DNA from: Treponema sp.
Lineage (GTDB): Bacteria > Spirochaetota > Spirochaetia > Treponematales > Breznakiellaceae
Length of the DNA: 64,000 nt
Reading direction: 5' to 3'
NCBI GenBank assembly: GCA_031265845.1
Contig: JAISCC010000016.1
Location: 2,763-66,762 of the forward strand
Position 1 is the stretch's first letter. Each line of letters starts with the position of its first letter. Positions 21,869 to 31,863 of this stretch are shown piece after piece. A program made the position numbers and the translations under genes. Under the pieces are notes generated by a model. The model was given only the letters and a program-made list of their open reading frames with translations. It did not search any database and was not told where the DNA came from.

Positions 21869-22939
21869 CTACAATTTCGGCGGGATGCGCAGAACGACGC
21901 CCGGCAACAAAATCGCCGAAGGGCGGAGTTTGTTGTACCGCGCGAGCCGGGCGTAAAGCCACGGGTTGTTATAAAAAACATCGGTTATATCCCAGAGCGT
22001 GTCGCCCCAGCGCACCCTGTACGTTGTACCATTTTTGGGAATGGGTTTGGGCGCTTTGTAAGAGCGCACTGGCGCAAGCGGTCTTTTCAGTTTTTGTTCT
22101 GACTGCGGCGCTGGTTTTGCGATTTCTCCGGCAAGCGCGGGAGTGGGCGGCTCTTGCGGATCCGGCTCCTGTTCGGACGGCGTTTCGGCATACGCGGGAG
22201 CGGGCGGCTCTTGCGGATCCGGCTTCTGTTCAGGCGGCGTTTCGGCATACGCGGGAGTGGGCGGCTCTTGCGGATCCGGCTCCTGTTCGGGCGGCGTTTC
22301 GGCAAGCGCGGGAGCGGGCGGCTCTTGCGGATCCGGCGTTTCCGCTGTTGCGGCGACCGCCGGCGTTTCGGATGCGAGGGCTTTGCCGCGAAACAGAAAA
22401 ACCCAGAGCGCGCCGCAGATTGCGGCAAGCGACAGGATGGCGATACAAACAGGAACGAGGGGAAATTTTTTTGCAAATTTCTGTTCGTATAGCAAATCTA
22501 TAGGCAATAAACCGGCAGTTTCTTCGGTTATTTCCGGTGTTCTCAGCGTTTCAAATTTTTCACCCGCGCTATTGCGCCCGCTGTTGCGCTCGCTTTCACG
22601 ACCATCATCTTGATCAGCCGCTTTGAGCCATATTACCAGCTGCCGGTCTTCGCCTGTTTTTAAATTTTTTGCGCTTGCGCTGATTTTTCCCTGTCCATTC
22701 GATTCGATGGCGAGATCAAGAGCATCTCCATCCATTTCTCTCTTTTCATTTCCAAAAAGCAAACGCCCTATGTGTTGAGCGTCTTCCATGTCGCGCAGAT
22801 CGCTTTTGTAAAAATCTATTTGCGCCCGTTTTTGTCCTTTTCGCGCAGGTATGAGCGCAAATTTTTTCTTTTGCGGATCATTCTCATCAAGAAGCGGATA
22901 AAAATTCCCATTAGCTATTTTTATACCGATAGTCGCCAT
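21869..22939 (-). CDS. Membrane-anchored LysM-domain protein with Pro/Glu-rich tandem repeats
   Basis: Central TM segment (FPLVPVCIAILSLAAICGALWVFLF), repeats ETPPEQEPDPQEPPTPAYA, C-terminal LysM (YRVRWGDTLWDITDVFY...LLPGVVLRIP). Confidence 0.7.
   Translation of the reverse strand: MATIGIKIANGNFYPLLDENDPQKKKFALIPARKGQKRAQIDFYKSDLRDMEDAQHIGRLLFGNEKREMDGDALDLAIESNGQGKISASAKNLKTGEDRQLVIWLKAADQDDGRESERNSGRNSAGEKFETLRTPEITEETAGLLPIDLLYEQKFAKKFPLVPVCIAILSLAAICGALWVFLFRGKALASETPAVAATAETPDPQEPPAPALAETPPEQEPDPQEPPTPAYAETPPEQKPDPQEPPAPAYAETPSEQEPDPQEPPTPALAGEIAKPAPQSEQKLKRPLAPVRSYKAPKPIPKNGTTYRVRWGDTLWDITDVFYNNPWLYARLARYNKLRPSAILLPGVVLRIPPKL
22140..22335. repeat. 57-bp (19-codon) tandem repeat, about 3.4 copies, inside the LysM gene
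   Basis: GGGCGGCTCTTGCGGATCCGGC recurs at 22145, 22202, 22259 and 22316. Confidence 0.8.
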
Positions 22940-23023
22940 CTTTTTTCCCTTTTACTTTAGTTTGAAGCGGAGAATTTGTCAATGCCACGCATCGAAAGAA
23001 TTCCGCCATAACTCGGCATACTC

Positions 23024-24145
23024 TCATTTTTCCAGCAGGTACAGATACTCCTTTACATGGACATTCCGCCCCGCGAGGTTTCTGCATCCCCTGAATGTGT
23101 TGTACTTTGTTTCCAGTATCTCCAGTTTGCCGTTTTTTTTGAGCAAGGCGGTCATCTCTTCAAGAGAAATAAAACCCTCGGAATTAAAAGAGATCATCAC
23201 GTATTTCGCGTTTATGCTGTGTATCAAATCCAGCAGCGCTTTGGGCGCTTCGCGCTTTTTGTTATACGCCGAACGGTTCCAGTCATGGGGGATGCCCGAC
23301 ACTTTGCTCACTGCGGCAGGCCGTTTATTGTCGAGGATGACATTAAGCATGAAGTAATTTGAGCCGTACGGATGCTGGTTGTACGGCGGATCCAGATACG
23401 CCAGATCGACTTCCGGCGCGGACTTGACAACGCTGTTTGCATTGCCGTTATATATGACGGTCTCGCAGTTGAAGTTGCTGAAAACCGGAAAAGGCAGAGT
23501 GATGTCGCCTTTTATCCTCGTCAGGGCGTTTTGTTCGCTTCCGCCGAATTGACCGATTCCGGTCGCCCTATTTTTGTAAAACCCCTTGAAAACGCCCGGC
23601 GTATTCGCGTGAATTGAGGCTTCCGAAAGCAGGGGCGCAAGGAAGAATTTTTTGAAAGGCTCGTCAAGCTGCTCTATTGCGTTGCGCGCGGTGTCTATGT
23701 ACATAGCGTTTCTGCGCGTATAGAACACCCGCTCGTTTCGCCTGATGTCATTGTCGTCCACAGGCGCGTACAGCTTCGTGACGACCCCTTCTTTTAGAGG
23801 AGCGCTCGTTATAGTGGACATGACGTCATGGTACCGTTTTTTTAAAAAAACCATATTTATGTCGCTTGCGTTAGCCAGATAGCAACTGTTTATCAGGGCG
23901 GCGTATTTTTCCATGTCGTTTACCAGCAGAAAGCTTGCATATTGTTTGAAGCGCCGCGCCACCACTCCCGAACCGCTGAACACATCGAAGACGGCGAGTT
24001 TGCTTTTGCCCAATTTCCTTTGCACCAGATACACGCCGCGTTCAATAAACTTCATGAGCGAGCGTTTGTTTCCAATATAAGTTATTATTTGTTTGGTAAG
24101 ATACTCTTTGTTTTCACATGGAAATAAACCCAACTGTACGCTCAT
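23024..24145 (-). CDS. N6-adenine DNA methyltransferase (alpha-type motif order), apparently orphan
   Basis: YIGNKRSL, motif I FDVFSGSGVV, motif IV DPPYN, about 190 aa between I and IV. Start moved to MSVQLG (24145); the ORF is open to 24337. No endonuclease ORF on either side. Confidence 0.75.
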   Translation of the reverse strand: MSVQLGLFPCENKEYLTKQIITYIGNKRSLMKFIERGVYLVQRKLGKSKLAVFDVFSGSGVVARRFKQYASFLLVNDMEKYAALINSCYLANASDINMVFLKKRYHDVMSTITSAPLKEGVVTKLYAPVDDNDIRRNERVFYTRRNAMYIDTARNAIEQLDEPFKKFFLAPLLSEASIHANTPGVFKGFYKNRATGIGQFGGSEQNALTRIKGDITLPFPVFSNFNCETVIYNGNANSVVKSAPEVDLAYLDPPYNQHPYGSNYFMLNVILDNKRPAAVSKVSGIPHDWNRSAYNKKREAPKALLDLIHSINAKYVMISFNSEGFISLEEMTALLKKNGKLEILETKYNTFRGCRNLAGRNVHVKEYLYLLEK

Positions 24146-24815
24146 GGATTCATCATACCACACTCCCCGTTTTTTGAAAACTTGTAAATATGAGGTATGA
24201 GCGGCTGTTCCAAACCACGCAGAGCGGCAGTTTTGGAACAGCCCCATGAATCTTACTTTATTGACAACGGCGTCCATAGCGCATAAAGAAGTTTTCTGAA
24301 GATGAAAGGGCGGCGCGTGCGCCATAGTGAACGGCATGTTTTGAAAGCGCCATCAAAATGTCTTGTATTTTCACACGGCGTAATACTGTTTCGTATAATG
24401 CTTTTTCAAGGCGATGCGCCCAATTTTCCAAACGCAAGCCGCTTCGCAATTCGCTCTTTTTCTCAAGATTGAACGCCTAATAAACCCTATACGCCCCCTC
24501 CCGTATTGTCTGAAGCGGGATACTCTTTCAATTCTGATAAAAATACACGCTTTTTTCCTCCCGCTCTTACGGCGGTTCAGCGCCGCGCCGGTTTTGGATC
24601 GTTCTTTCCCTTCAATTTCTAACAAAAAGGTTGTTGTGGCAATCATAAACGCTGAAAACATAACGTCAAAATTGATAGAGGCTGTTCCTGATGTCGCTGT
24701 GGCAAAAGTTAGAAATTTTGAACCACTGCAAAATGTGAGAAATAGTATCACTCAAAAAAATAATATTAAAGAAACTAATAGCGAAGACAAATAGCGTGGC
24801 GTATGATCCAACTTC

Positions 24816-24844
24816 GCCTAACGTTCCACAACGGAACGTTAGGC
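24816..24844. repeat. Perfect 12-bp stem hairpin
   Basis: GCCTAACGTTCC-acaac-GGAACGTTAGGC. No flanking T-run, so not called a terminator. Confidence 0.4.
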
Positions 24845-24855
24845 TCAATATCCGA

Positions 24856-24884
24856 TTGACAAATATTTGGCAAACCGGTATAAT
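24856..24884 (+). promoter_or_regulatory. Consensus sigma70-type promoter
   Basis: TTGACA, 17 nt, TATAAT, followed by GGAGG (24893-24897) and ATG at 24906. Confidence 0.55.
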
Positions 24885-24905
24885 AAAACAATGGAGGATT
24901 TAATT

Positions 24906-25405
24906 ATGGAAAGAAAAGCTGAATATAAAGGTTTCAGAAAATCAAACGGATGCAGGAAAAGAAGGATGGGTTTTTAGTAAATAGGCTGATACTGGTACAA
25001 TACATTTGCTTTTAATATAGACGATGTTGCCTTTCATTATAGCATATACATGGTTCTTATATTGAAGATTTTGGTACGACTCCACCTCCAAGGGGCTGGG
25101 GGATACGGCGGGTAAGTAATAGGGAAGCAATATTTTTAGGAACATATTACAGAAATATTAAACTCAATGGTCATACCATTGAAATTATTTATGTATACGA
25201 CTGGTGGAATATTGAACATAATAGACTTGATAATGAAATAAAAAATTATGCGGATAATTATAAAGAAACCAATCTAGAACCAGTAGAAATGGTTCAATAT
25301 AGTCGTGATACTGGTTTAGGGCTTGATCTGATAATAACTTGCGAATTGAATTTAGATACAGGAATTAGAAAAATACTCGGAGGACAATATATACATACAC
25401 AATGA
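24906..25405 (+). pseudogene. AT-rich decayed gene of unknown family (multiple frameshifts)
   Basis: The ATG frame stops after 23 codons (MERKAEYKGFRKSNGCRKRRMGF*). A start-less open frame at 25041-25405 reads ...GTYYRNIKLNGHTIEIIYVYDWWNIEHNRLDNEIKNYADNYKETNLEPVEMVQYSRDTGLGLDLIITCELNLDTGIRKILGGQYIHTQ*. GC is visibly far below the flanks. Confidence 0.4.
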
Positions 25406-25598
25406 AAAATCGGATTTTCACATGCATGTCCGCTTGCGGACGAGCGGCTTGCCTGCGGCTTTGCCTCGCCGCCTACAGTCCGAAGAGCCGTACGCCGCCC
25501 TTGACAGTACGCCGTAGTTTAGAAACAAACTTTGCCCGCTCCGGTTGACCGAACAGACGGTTTGTATTAAGATGGTTTTTAAAAGGATATTTCATGCT

Positions 25599-26149
25599 AT
25601 GAAAAGTCTAAAAAAAATATGTTTGCTGTTCTGTGTTTGCGCATTGCTTGCGGCGTGTACGTCCGATCCCTTCACCGGAAAGAAAACCGCCGCGTTGGCG
25701 GGCGACAGCGATCTGTTTCCCGAATCTTTCACTCAATATCAAGAATTTCCGGATAAAAGCGCCATCATGTATGAGGGAGACGACGTAGAAGTGGTCAAGC
25801 GGGTTGGGGACAGGATAAAAGCCGCCGCAGAACAATGGGGCGTTTCATTGGGGCAACCGGATTATTTGAAAGACTATCAGCGGGAGCGCCACCTGGCACA
25901 AAGCGGAGCGTTAAACGCATGGTATATGCCCAGGGGGAAAGACGATCCCGGCCATTACGGGCTTATCCTATGACGATAGCGGATTACGCTCCCGAAGAAG
26001 CGGTGGCGTTCTGGGAACGCATGTCCACGCTGGGTGGCGGAACGCTGGAGTTCCTCAGCGCCCCCGCTTCGGACAAAAGGCGCGTCGCAAATAGTAAAGG
26101 CTGGATACCGGAAGCCCGAGCGGTAGCAACCACAAAACTGAATGGTTGA
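25599..26149 (+). pseudogene. M48-family (YcaL/LoiP-like) lipoprotein metallopeptidase, frameshifted, HExxH region deleted
   Basis: Lipobox LLAAC. ...LNAWYMPRGK... then a frame change to ...IADYAPEEAVAFWERMSTLGGGTLEFLSAPASDKRRV. No HExxH anywhere, and about 70-80 aa shorter than the family norm. Confidence 0.55.
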
Positions 26150-26155
26150 TCTTGC

Positions 26156-27373
26156 ATGAAGTTGCTCCACACTGCGGATCTTCATCTTGGAAAGGTTCTC
26201 CACGAATATTCTCTTATTGAAGATCAGCGGTATATGCTCCAGAATCTGCTCGCCGTCCTCAAAGACCCTTCGTTCAGCGCGCTGGTCATTGCCGGCGATG
26301 TGTACGACCGTTCCATACCACCTCCGGACGCGGTGAAGCTCCTGGGTCCCTTCCTTGGGCAGTTGAAGAAGGAATGTCCCGGTGTTGAGGTGTTTCTTGT
26401 TTCCGGCAACCACGATTCGGCGTCGCGGCTCGGTTTCGGCAGAGAGCTTTTCGCGGAACTCGGCGTTCATGTTGGTACGGAGCCGGAAGACGCCTGCAAA
26501 CCGGTTGTTGTTACGGTCAGGGAAGAGAAAACCGCGTTCTTTTTGCTGCCCTTCCTTGCCGCAGGTTCTTTGAAATCCGCGTTGACAGGCGGGGACGGGC
26601 AGGAGCCGGCGCCGCTCCGGTCGCAGGCGCTTCTTGCGCGGGAAGCTGCGGCGCGGCTTGAGAAAGCGCGGCTGGAAGCCCTTGAAAACGGCGCGGACAA
26701 CACGGCGCTGGTCGCCCACCTCTTCGCGTCCGGCGGACTCTCCTCACAATCCGAGCGGACATTTCTCGGCAACGCGGAATTGGTCGACGTAAACCTCTTT
26801 TCCGGCTTTGATTACATTGCGCTGGGGCATCTGCACGCCTTTCAGAAAGCCGGGGAAAAAGCGTTTTATTCGGGAAGCCCGTTAGCCTATTCTTTCTCTG
26901 AAGCTGATCGGGAGAAGGTCTTCCTCGCCGTTACGCTTGAAAAGGGAAAAGCGCCGCATGTTGAACCCATTCCCATAACGCCGTTGCGGAAGATGACGCG
27001 GCTCAAAGGGGAGTTCGCCTCTTTTTTGCAAGGCTCGTCAGACGAAGCGCAAGCCGCCGCGTCCGATTATCTTGAAATCACCCTGACCGACACGGCGCTT
27101 ATTGAAAATCCTCTTTCCCTGTTGAGCAGACGGTTTCCCTATCTGTTGCGCATTGATCAGAGCGACGCCGTCAATGCGCGGCTGCGGGAAAGGACAGCCG
27201 TTTTGAAAGACCTGCGCGCCGCGCATACGGCGTTTATGATGAAAAAAAACGGCGAGGATATTGTTGATGATTTTTCCGCTTTTCTTGGCGAGATACATGG
27301 GCGGAAAGACGCTTATGAGGAAGAATTGGCGTTGTTCAAAGACATGCTCCTTGAAACGGAGGCGGAGCCATGA
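26156..27373 (+). CDS. sbcD: Exonuclease SbcD (Mre11-type nuclease)
   Basis: LHTADLHLG, GDVYD, GNHD, GHLH phosphoesterase motifs. 4-nt overlap with sbcC. Confidence 0.9.
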   Translation: MKLLHTADLHLGKVLHEYSLIEDQRYMLQNLLAVLKDPSFSALVIAGDVYDRSIPPPDAVKLLGPFLGQLKKECPGVEVFLVSGNHDSASRLGFGRELFAELGVHVGTEPEDACKPVVVTVREEKTAFFLLPFLAAGSLKSALTGGDGQEPAPLRSQALLAREAAARLEKARLEALENGADNTALVAHLFASGGLSSQSERTFLGNAELVDVNLFSGFDYIALGHLHAFQKAGEKAFYSGSPLAYSFSEADREKVFLAVTLEKGKAPHVEPIPITPLRKMTRLKGEFASFLQGSSDEAQAAASDYLEITLTDTALIENPLSLLSRRFPYLLRIDQSDAVNARLRERTAVLKDLRAAHTAFMMKKNGEDIVDDFSAFLGEIHGRKDAYEEELALFKDMLLETEAEP

Positions 27374-30300
27374 AGCCGGAACGGTTGTTGATGAACAATT
27401 TCGGACCCTTTGCGGGCGCCGTCTCCATTGATTTCACCGGTCTGGATGATATTTTCCTTATCACCGGAAAGACGGGCGCGGGAAAAACCACGATATTTGA
27501 CGCGATCTGTTTTGCGCTGTACGGGGAAGTTCCCGGCGGGCGCAACGCTCATCTCCCGCGTCTGAAATCCGATTTTGGCGGCGAAAGGGCGGCGCCGGGA
27601 CTCGCCGCGTCCGCGTTCTCTGGCGAGTGTTCCGTCTCCCTGGAATTTTCACTTGGAGAGCGGCTGTTCCGGGTGGAACGAAGCCCCAAACAGGAGAAGC
27701 CCAAGAGACGGGGGACGGGTGTAACCGTCGCTGATGAGACGGCGGTTCTTTGCGAGCGTCTGAACAACCAATGGGAGAGTGTAAGCTCACGAAAGACCGA
27801 GGCGGATCAGAAGATAAAGAACTTGATCGGACTTGAACCCGGCGAATTTTTCAAAATAGTGCTTCTGCCCCAGGGAGAATTCGCCGAATTTCTCCGCCAG
27901 AACACCAATGATCGCAGAGCCGTGCTGGGCAAGCTCTTTCCCATTGACAGAGCGATGCGCGTCAAAGAAACGGTCGCCGGTAAAGCGAAGGAAGCCGAAG
28001 AGGTTGCAAAGCGACTCAGACTAGCGCTGGAAGAGCTTGAGGAGCGGTGTTCTATAGAGCGTTTTGACGAGGCGAAGCGGGCGTTTATTGAAACATTGCG
28101 CCAAGCGCGCTCGAAAATCGCCGTTCTGTCCAATGAACAGACGCTCTTGTCCAAAAAGCGCGATCTCAAACAGCGCGAAGCGGATCACGCCAAACGCCTC
28201 GCCTCGCTACAAGAAGATTGTGGCAGACATGCGGAGCGCGGCGCTTCCATCCATGAAAAGAAGAACGCCTGCGAGCTTTCAAAAAAGACGCGCCCTTTGA
28301 GAGAGCGGCTCATCCTTGTTGAAGAAGGCGAGTCCGCGCTTATGCGTCGTGAACATGACGTGAAGAATGCGCGGGAGTCCGCGCACGAAGCGCGGGAAAA
28401 CGCGGAACATGCCGAAAAAAACGCGGAGGTACTCCAAAAACTGGAGGCGGATATACGGGCGTTGCAGGAGAGACGGCCCGCGTTGCTCGAAGCCCGCGAA
28501 GCTGAGGCGTCGCTTTCACAAAAAGCGCGGGATTTAGCCAGTGAGAAGGAGCGCAACCGGTCGCTTCTCGATCAGAAAGTGGAACAAGAGCGGAAGCTGG
28601 CGAAAGAAGACGCGGAAATTCAGCGGTTGCAGGCGCTCGCTTCTCAAATCCAGCGTCTTGACGCCCAGCATGAGCAGGCGAAAGCCGTGTACGACAGCCT
28701 TGTTCACCTTAAAAGAAAGCTTTCCGATGATATAGAGCCTTTGGTGTGCGAGGAAGACGAGCTTGGAGACGGAATAGCGGCGCTGGAGCGGATGGAAAAA
28801 GTTCTTGCAAAACAGATTCCGGCGCTTGCCGATGAAGTGAAAAGCCTTGAAGCTGAAAAAAAAGCGTATGAACACGCGGGTCTGGCCGCGACCCTCGCCG
28901 CAGGCTTGAAAAAAGGCGATCCGTGTCCGGTGTGCGGAGCGGTGGAACATCCGCGTCCGGCGTCTGCGGTTGCGCGGAAATTCGGCCTTGACGAGCGGAT
29001 AGAGGCGCTCGGCGCCGCGTTGAAAACTGCGGAGCGCGACGAGGCTGTCTGTAAAGCCGATCTGGACGCGAAAAGACAGACGCTTGACCGTACGCGGAAA
29101 AAACTCGCGGGCTTGCACAAAGAGGCGCGGACTTTGATGAGCGCCGCCTTGTTTGCGGAAAACGGCGTCCTTGGGGACGGCGCGCCGGATATTCCACAGG
29201 ACATCCCGCCGTCAACGGAAATAGCGATGCTGTTGAAAAAACAAAACGACGTTCTGAACACGATTACCGGTCAATGGGGAGACGCGCGTCAGGCGAACAG
29301 CAAGTTGCCGGTTCTGTATAAGGAAAAGGAGCGTACAGCAGCCCTTGCCGCCGAAACCGGACAACGCATTGCCATTAGCGCGGAAAAACAGAGTGCCCTC
29401 CTCGCGGAAATAGAGGCGCTTGAGCGCAGACAGCGGCGCGTATTGGGAAACGCGGCCGGTGACGGTGACGCGGGCGCATTGGCAGGCGCCGAAAAAGCCC
29501 TCGCGGAAACTGAAAAAGCCCTGTCGAGGTCTGAATCCACTGTCGCGGCGTTGCGGGAAGCGCGTGAAAACGCCCAAAAACGTCTTGCCGCCTCGCTTGC
29601 CGCCGAACAATCAGCCTGCGCCGCCCGCGAAGAAGCGGCGATGAAACACGCGAAAGCCGTTTCAGCCATGGACGCCGGCATTGCGGCGTCGCCCTTTGAA
29701 GACATAATCGCGCTGAAAAACGCCATGCTGAAGCCGGAAACGGAAGCTGATTTTGAGAAAACCGTGCGGCAATGGGAGGATGAGCGGGAAAAATTGCGCC
29801 TCCTTTTTGAAGAAGTGGAAAACGCGGTGAAAAGCCTGCAAGCGGAACTGCGGGACATGGGCGGCGATGAAGACGAGGCGCGTATTCGGGAGAAACTCGC
29901 GGAACTCGCGGTTGAGCTTGAGAGAACGGAAGAGGAGCGGGACAGAATACAGGCGGATCTGGCGGCTGCGGAACGGGACGGCGCCCTTCTCAAGGAAAAG
30001 CGCGGGCAATACGCCGCCTTGCTCAAGAAAAGCGAAGTTTTGGCGCGTCTGCGAGACGATATTGAAGGCAGAACCGGCGAAAGACGCTCTTTTGACGCAT
30101 GGCTTCTGGGCAAATACCTCGCCGAAGTTACGGTTTTTGCGACCAGCCGCCTTGAACGCATGAGCGAGGGGCGCTATTCCCTGTTGCTTAACACGGAGCG
30201 CGAGAGCGGACGCGGCCTTTCCGGTCTTGATCTTGAAGTGTTTGACGCCTATACCGGCAAAACGCGCCCGTGCGCCACCCTTTCAGGCGGGGAGAGCTTC

Positions 30301-30579
30301 ATGGCTTCCATAAGCCTTGCCCTTGGACTTGCGGATTCCATACAGGAACGCTCAGGCGGCATAAAACTCGACGCGGTGTTCATAGACGAAGGCTTTGGCT
30401 CTCTTGACGACGCGAGCCTTGACAAGGCGCTCGGCATACTGGACGAACTGCGCGAGCAACGCACGGTGGGTCTCATCTCCCACGTGGGGGACTTGCGAAC
30501 CCGCATCCCAAGCCGCATTGAAGTCATCAAGAGCAGCTCCGGATCAACGATCAGCATATCGCATGAAATGGAGCCGTGA
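27370..30579 (+). CDS. sbcC: Exonuclease SbcC (Rad50-type SMC-like ATPase)
   Basis: Walker A GKTGAGKTT, long coiled coil, zinc hook CPVCG, signature LSGGESF, Walker B VFIDEGFGSLD. Confidence 0.9.
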   Translation: MKPERLLMNNFGPFAGAVSIDFTGLDDIFLITGKTGAGKTTIFDAICFALYGEVPGGRNAHLPRLKSDFGGERAAPGLAASAFSGECSVSLEFSLGERLFRVERSPKQEKPKRRGTGVTVADETAVLCERLNNQWESVSSRKTEADQKIKNLIGLEPGEFFKIVLLPQGEFAEFLRQNTNDRRAVLGKLFPIDRAMRVKETVAGKAKEAEEVAKRLRLALEELEERCSIERFDEAKRAFIETLRQARSKIAVLSNEQTLLSKKRDLKQREADHAKRLASLQEDCGRHAERGASIHEKKNACELSKKTRPLRERLILVEEGESALMRREHDVKNARESAHEARENAEHAEKNAEVLQKLEADIRALQERRPALLEAREAEASLSQKARDLASEKERNRSLLDQKVEQERKLAKEDAEIQRLQALASQIQRLDAQHEQAKAVYDSLVHLKRKLSDDIEPLVCEEDELGDGIAALERMEKVLAKQIPALADEVKSLEAEKKAYEHAGLAATLAAGLKKGDPCPVCGAVEHPRPASAVARKFGLDERIEALGAALKTAERDEAVCKADLDAKRQTLDRTRKKLAGLHKEARTLMSAALFAENGVLGDGAPDIPQDIPPSTEIAMLLKKQNDVLNTITGQWGDARQANSKLPVLYKEKERTAALAAETGQRIAISAEKQSALLAEIEALERRQRRVLGNAAGDGDAGALAGAEKALAETEKALSRSESTVAALREARENAQKRLAASLAAEQSACAAREEAAMKHAKAVSAMDAGIAASPFEDIIALKNAMLKPETEADFEKTVRQWEDEREKLRLLFEEVENAVKSLQAELRDMGGDEDEARIREKLAELAVELERTEEERDRIQADLAAAERDGALLKEKRGQYAALLKKSEVLARLRDDIEGRTGERRSFDAWLLGKYLAEVTVFATSRLERMSEGRYSLLLNTERESGRGLSGLDLEVFDAYTGKTRPCATLSGGESFMASISLALGLADSIQERSGGIKLDAVFIDEGFGSLDDASLDKALGILDELREQRTVGLISHVGDLRTRIPSRIEVIKSSSGSTISISHEMEP

Positions 30580-30674
30580 CAGGAATCCGCTCCAGAGCGA
30601 GCTTCCCGTCCGCTACGGCGACCGGCGGCGGTCTTTTCAGTCATCCGCATATATTGTTCATGCGCATCTCGTGC

Positions 30675-31571
30675 TCACACCCGCAAATCCGCGCCGCTAT
30701 GCGCTCTCTCCGCCTCAAGCCGCTCTCTTATCTCTTCCAGCCCGCAGCCCGCCTGTATCATCGCCAATAGCTCCATGTCCCGTTTTTCAATGCCTTTAGC
30801 CATACCTTCTTCGCGCCCTTCTTCGCGCCCTTCTTCACGCCCTTCTTCGCGCCAGGCAGTCCTGGCGTCGTCCCAGTTCCATTCAGTCAACAACATGTTC
30901 ATCACCTCCGAGGCGTTCGCCTCCAAAAACTCTTTCAGAATGTCATGCTCCACGCACCACCTCACAGCGTCTCTCATCGCGGACTCCTTCCCGCCGCCCT
31001 TCGCCTCGCGCTCCCTCACTTTCGCCACGAACGCGCTGTACCCCCGCAACGGCCCGCACCGCCGCGCCATCTCCTCGTTCCGCCCTTCGTTGATGTTGTA
31101 CACCTTCACCGCCAATTCCAGCGCGGGCGCCTCCGGTTCGGGCAGACCCAACCCTTCGCTCCGCTCGAATGAGTCCGACAACCGCATGACGCTCTCGTCA
31201 GGACAGTCCGCGACGCCGTTGTACAACACGATGAACTCGGGGCGGGGCAGGAGAACTTTTTTCGCGCGGTACAGCGCTTTGTTGTCTATGATTTTCTCAT
31301 AAATGCGGGCTATGTACAGCAACAGCCGCAACGCCATATTGGGGTTGATTGTGCTCTGGTGTTCGATCAGCACGACCACCTTGCCGCCTATCTCGAAGGA
31401 GATGTCGTTGATCCGCTCCATGAACAACGCGCCCTCAAGGGTGTTGATCTTTATGGGGACGGACGGATCCACGTCCACGCCCTCAAGCGCGCCGTACAAG
31501 TCCCGCAGGGCGTCGGGGTCGCTGAAAAGGAGGGAGAACACGCTGTCTTTGTACTGTTTGTTTACGCTCAT
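30675..31571 (-). CDS. Rpn-family recombination-promoting nuclease / putative transposase (PD-(D/E)xK, YhgA-like)
   Basis: KDSVFSLLF...DISFEIGGKVVVLIEHQS...LLLYIARIY pattern. C-terminal (REEG)x4 encoded by a 12-bp tandem repeat at 30805-30852. Confidence 0.7.
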   Translation of the reverse strand: MSVNKQYKDSVFSLLFSDPDALRDLYGALEGVDVDPSVPIKINTLEGALFMERINDISFEIGGKVVVLIEHQSTINPNMALRLLLYIARIYEKIIDNKALYRAKKVLLPRPEFIVLYNGVADCPDESVMRLSDSFERSEGLGLPEPEAPALELAVKVYNINEGRNEEMARRCGPLRGYSAFVAKVREREAKGGGKESAMRDAVRWCVEHDILKEFLEANASEVMNMLLTEWNWDDARTAWREEGREEGREEGREEGMAKGIEKRDMELLAMIQAGCGLEEIRERLEAERAHSGADLRV

Positions 31572-31863
31572 GATTGTTCCTTGCCACTAGTATACGGGAT
31601 GTTTGACGAATGTGCAACACGAACAGCGCAAACAGCGCGAATGGAGGCGCGTGATTCGATGCGCCGTCCGCAAAGGAAAACCGGAAGACGGTTTTTCAAC
31701 GCTCCGTTCATTTTTCTTTCCCGCTTTTCTTTTCTGCGCCTCTTTTTTCTTTTCACCTTGATAAATTGTGGAATAGCACTGTATTATAATAGGCAAAGCG
31801 ATATATTATATGCAGTGATATGGAAAGAAAATCGCTTCAAACGTCAGTCTAAAGGAGAAAAAA

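Noticed and set aside
21643-22613. Plus-strand ORFs (286 aa and others) overlapping the slt start and the LysM gene
   Set aside because: They are antisense to the two supported minus-strand genes, and their repetitive Arg/Ala-rich sequence mirrors the 57-bp repeat.
27461-30650. Numerous 60-290 aa ORFs on both strands inside sbcC
   Set aside because: They lie antisense or out of frame within a continuous 1069-aa SbcC reading frame with all Rad50-type motifs. Their translations are Ser/Ala/Arg low complexity.
23024-31571. Defence island made of the methyltransferase, SbcCD and the Rpn nuclease
   Set aside because: SbcCD looks like the canonical housekeeping pair (zinc hook, overlapping genes). 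The genes are on different strands with unrelated genes between them. Nothing in the sequence links them functionally.
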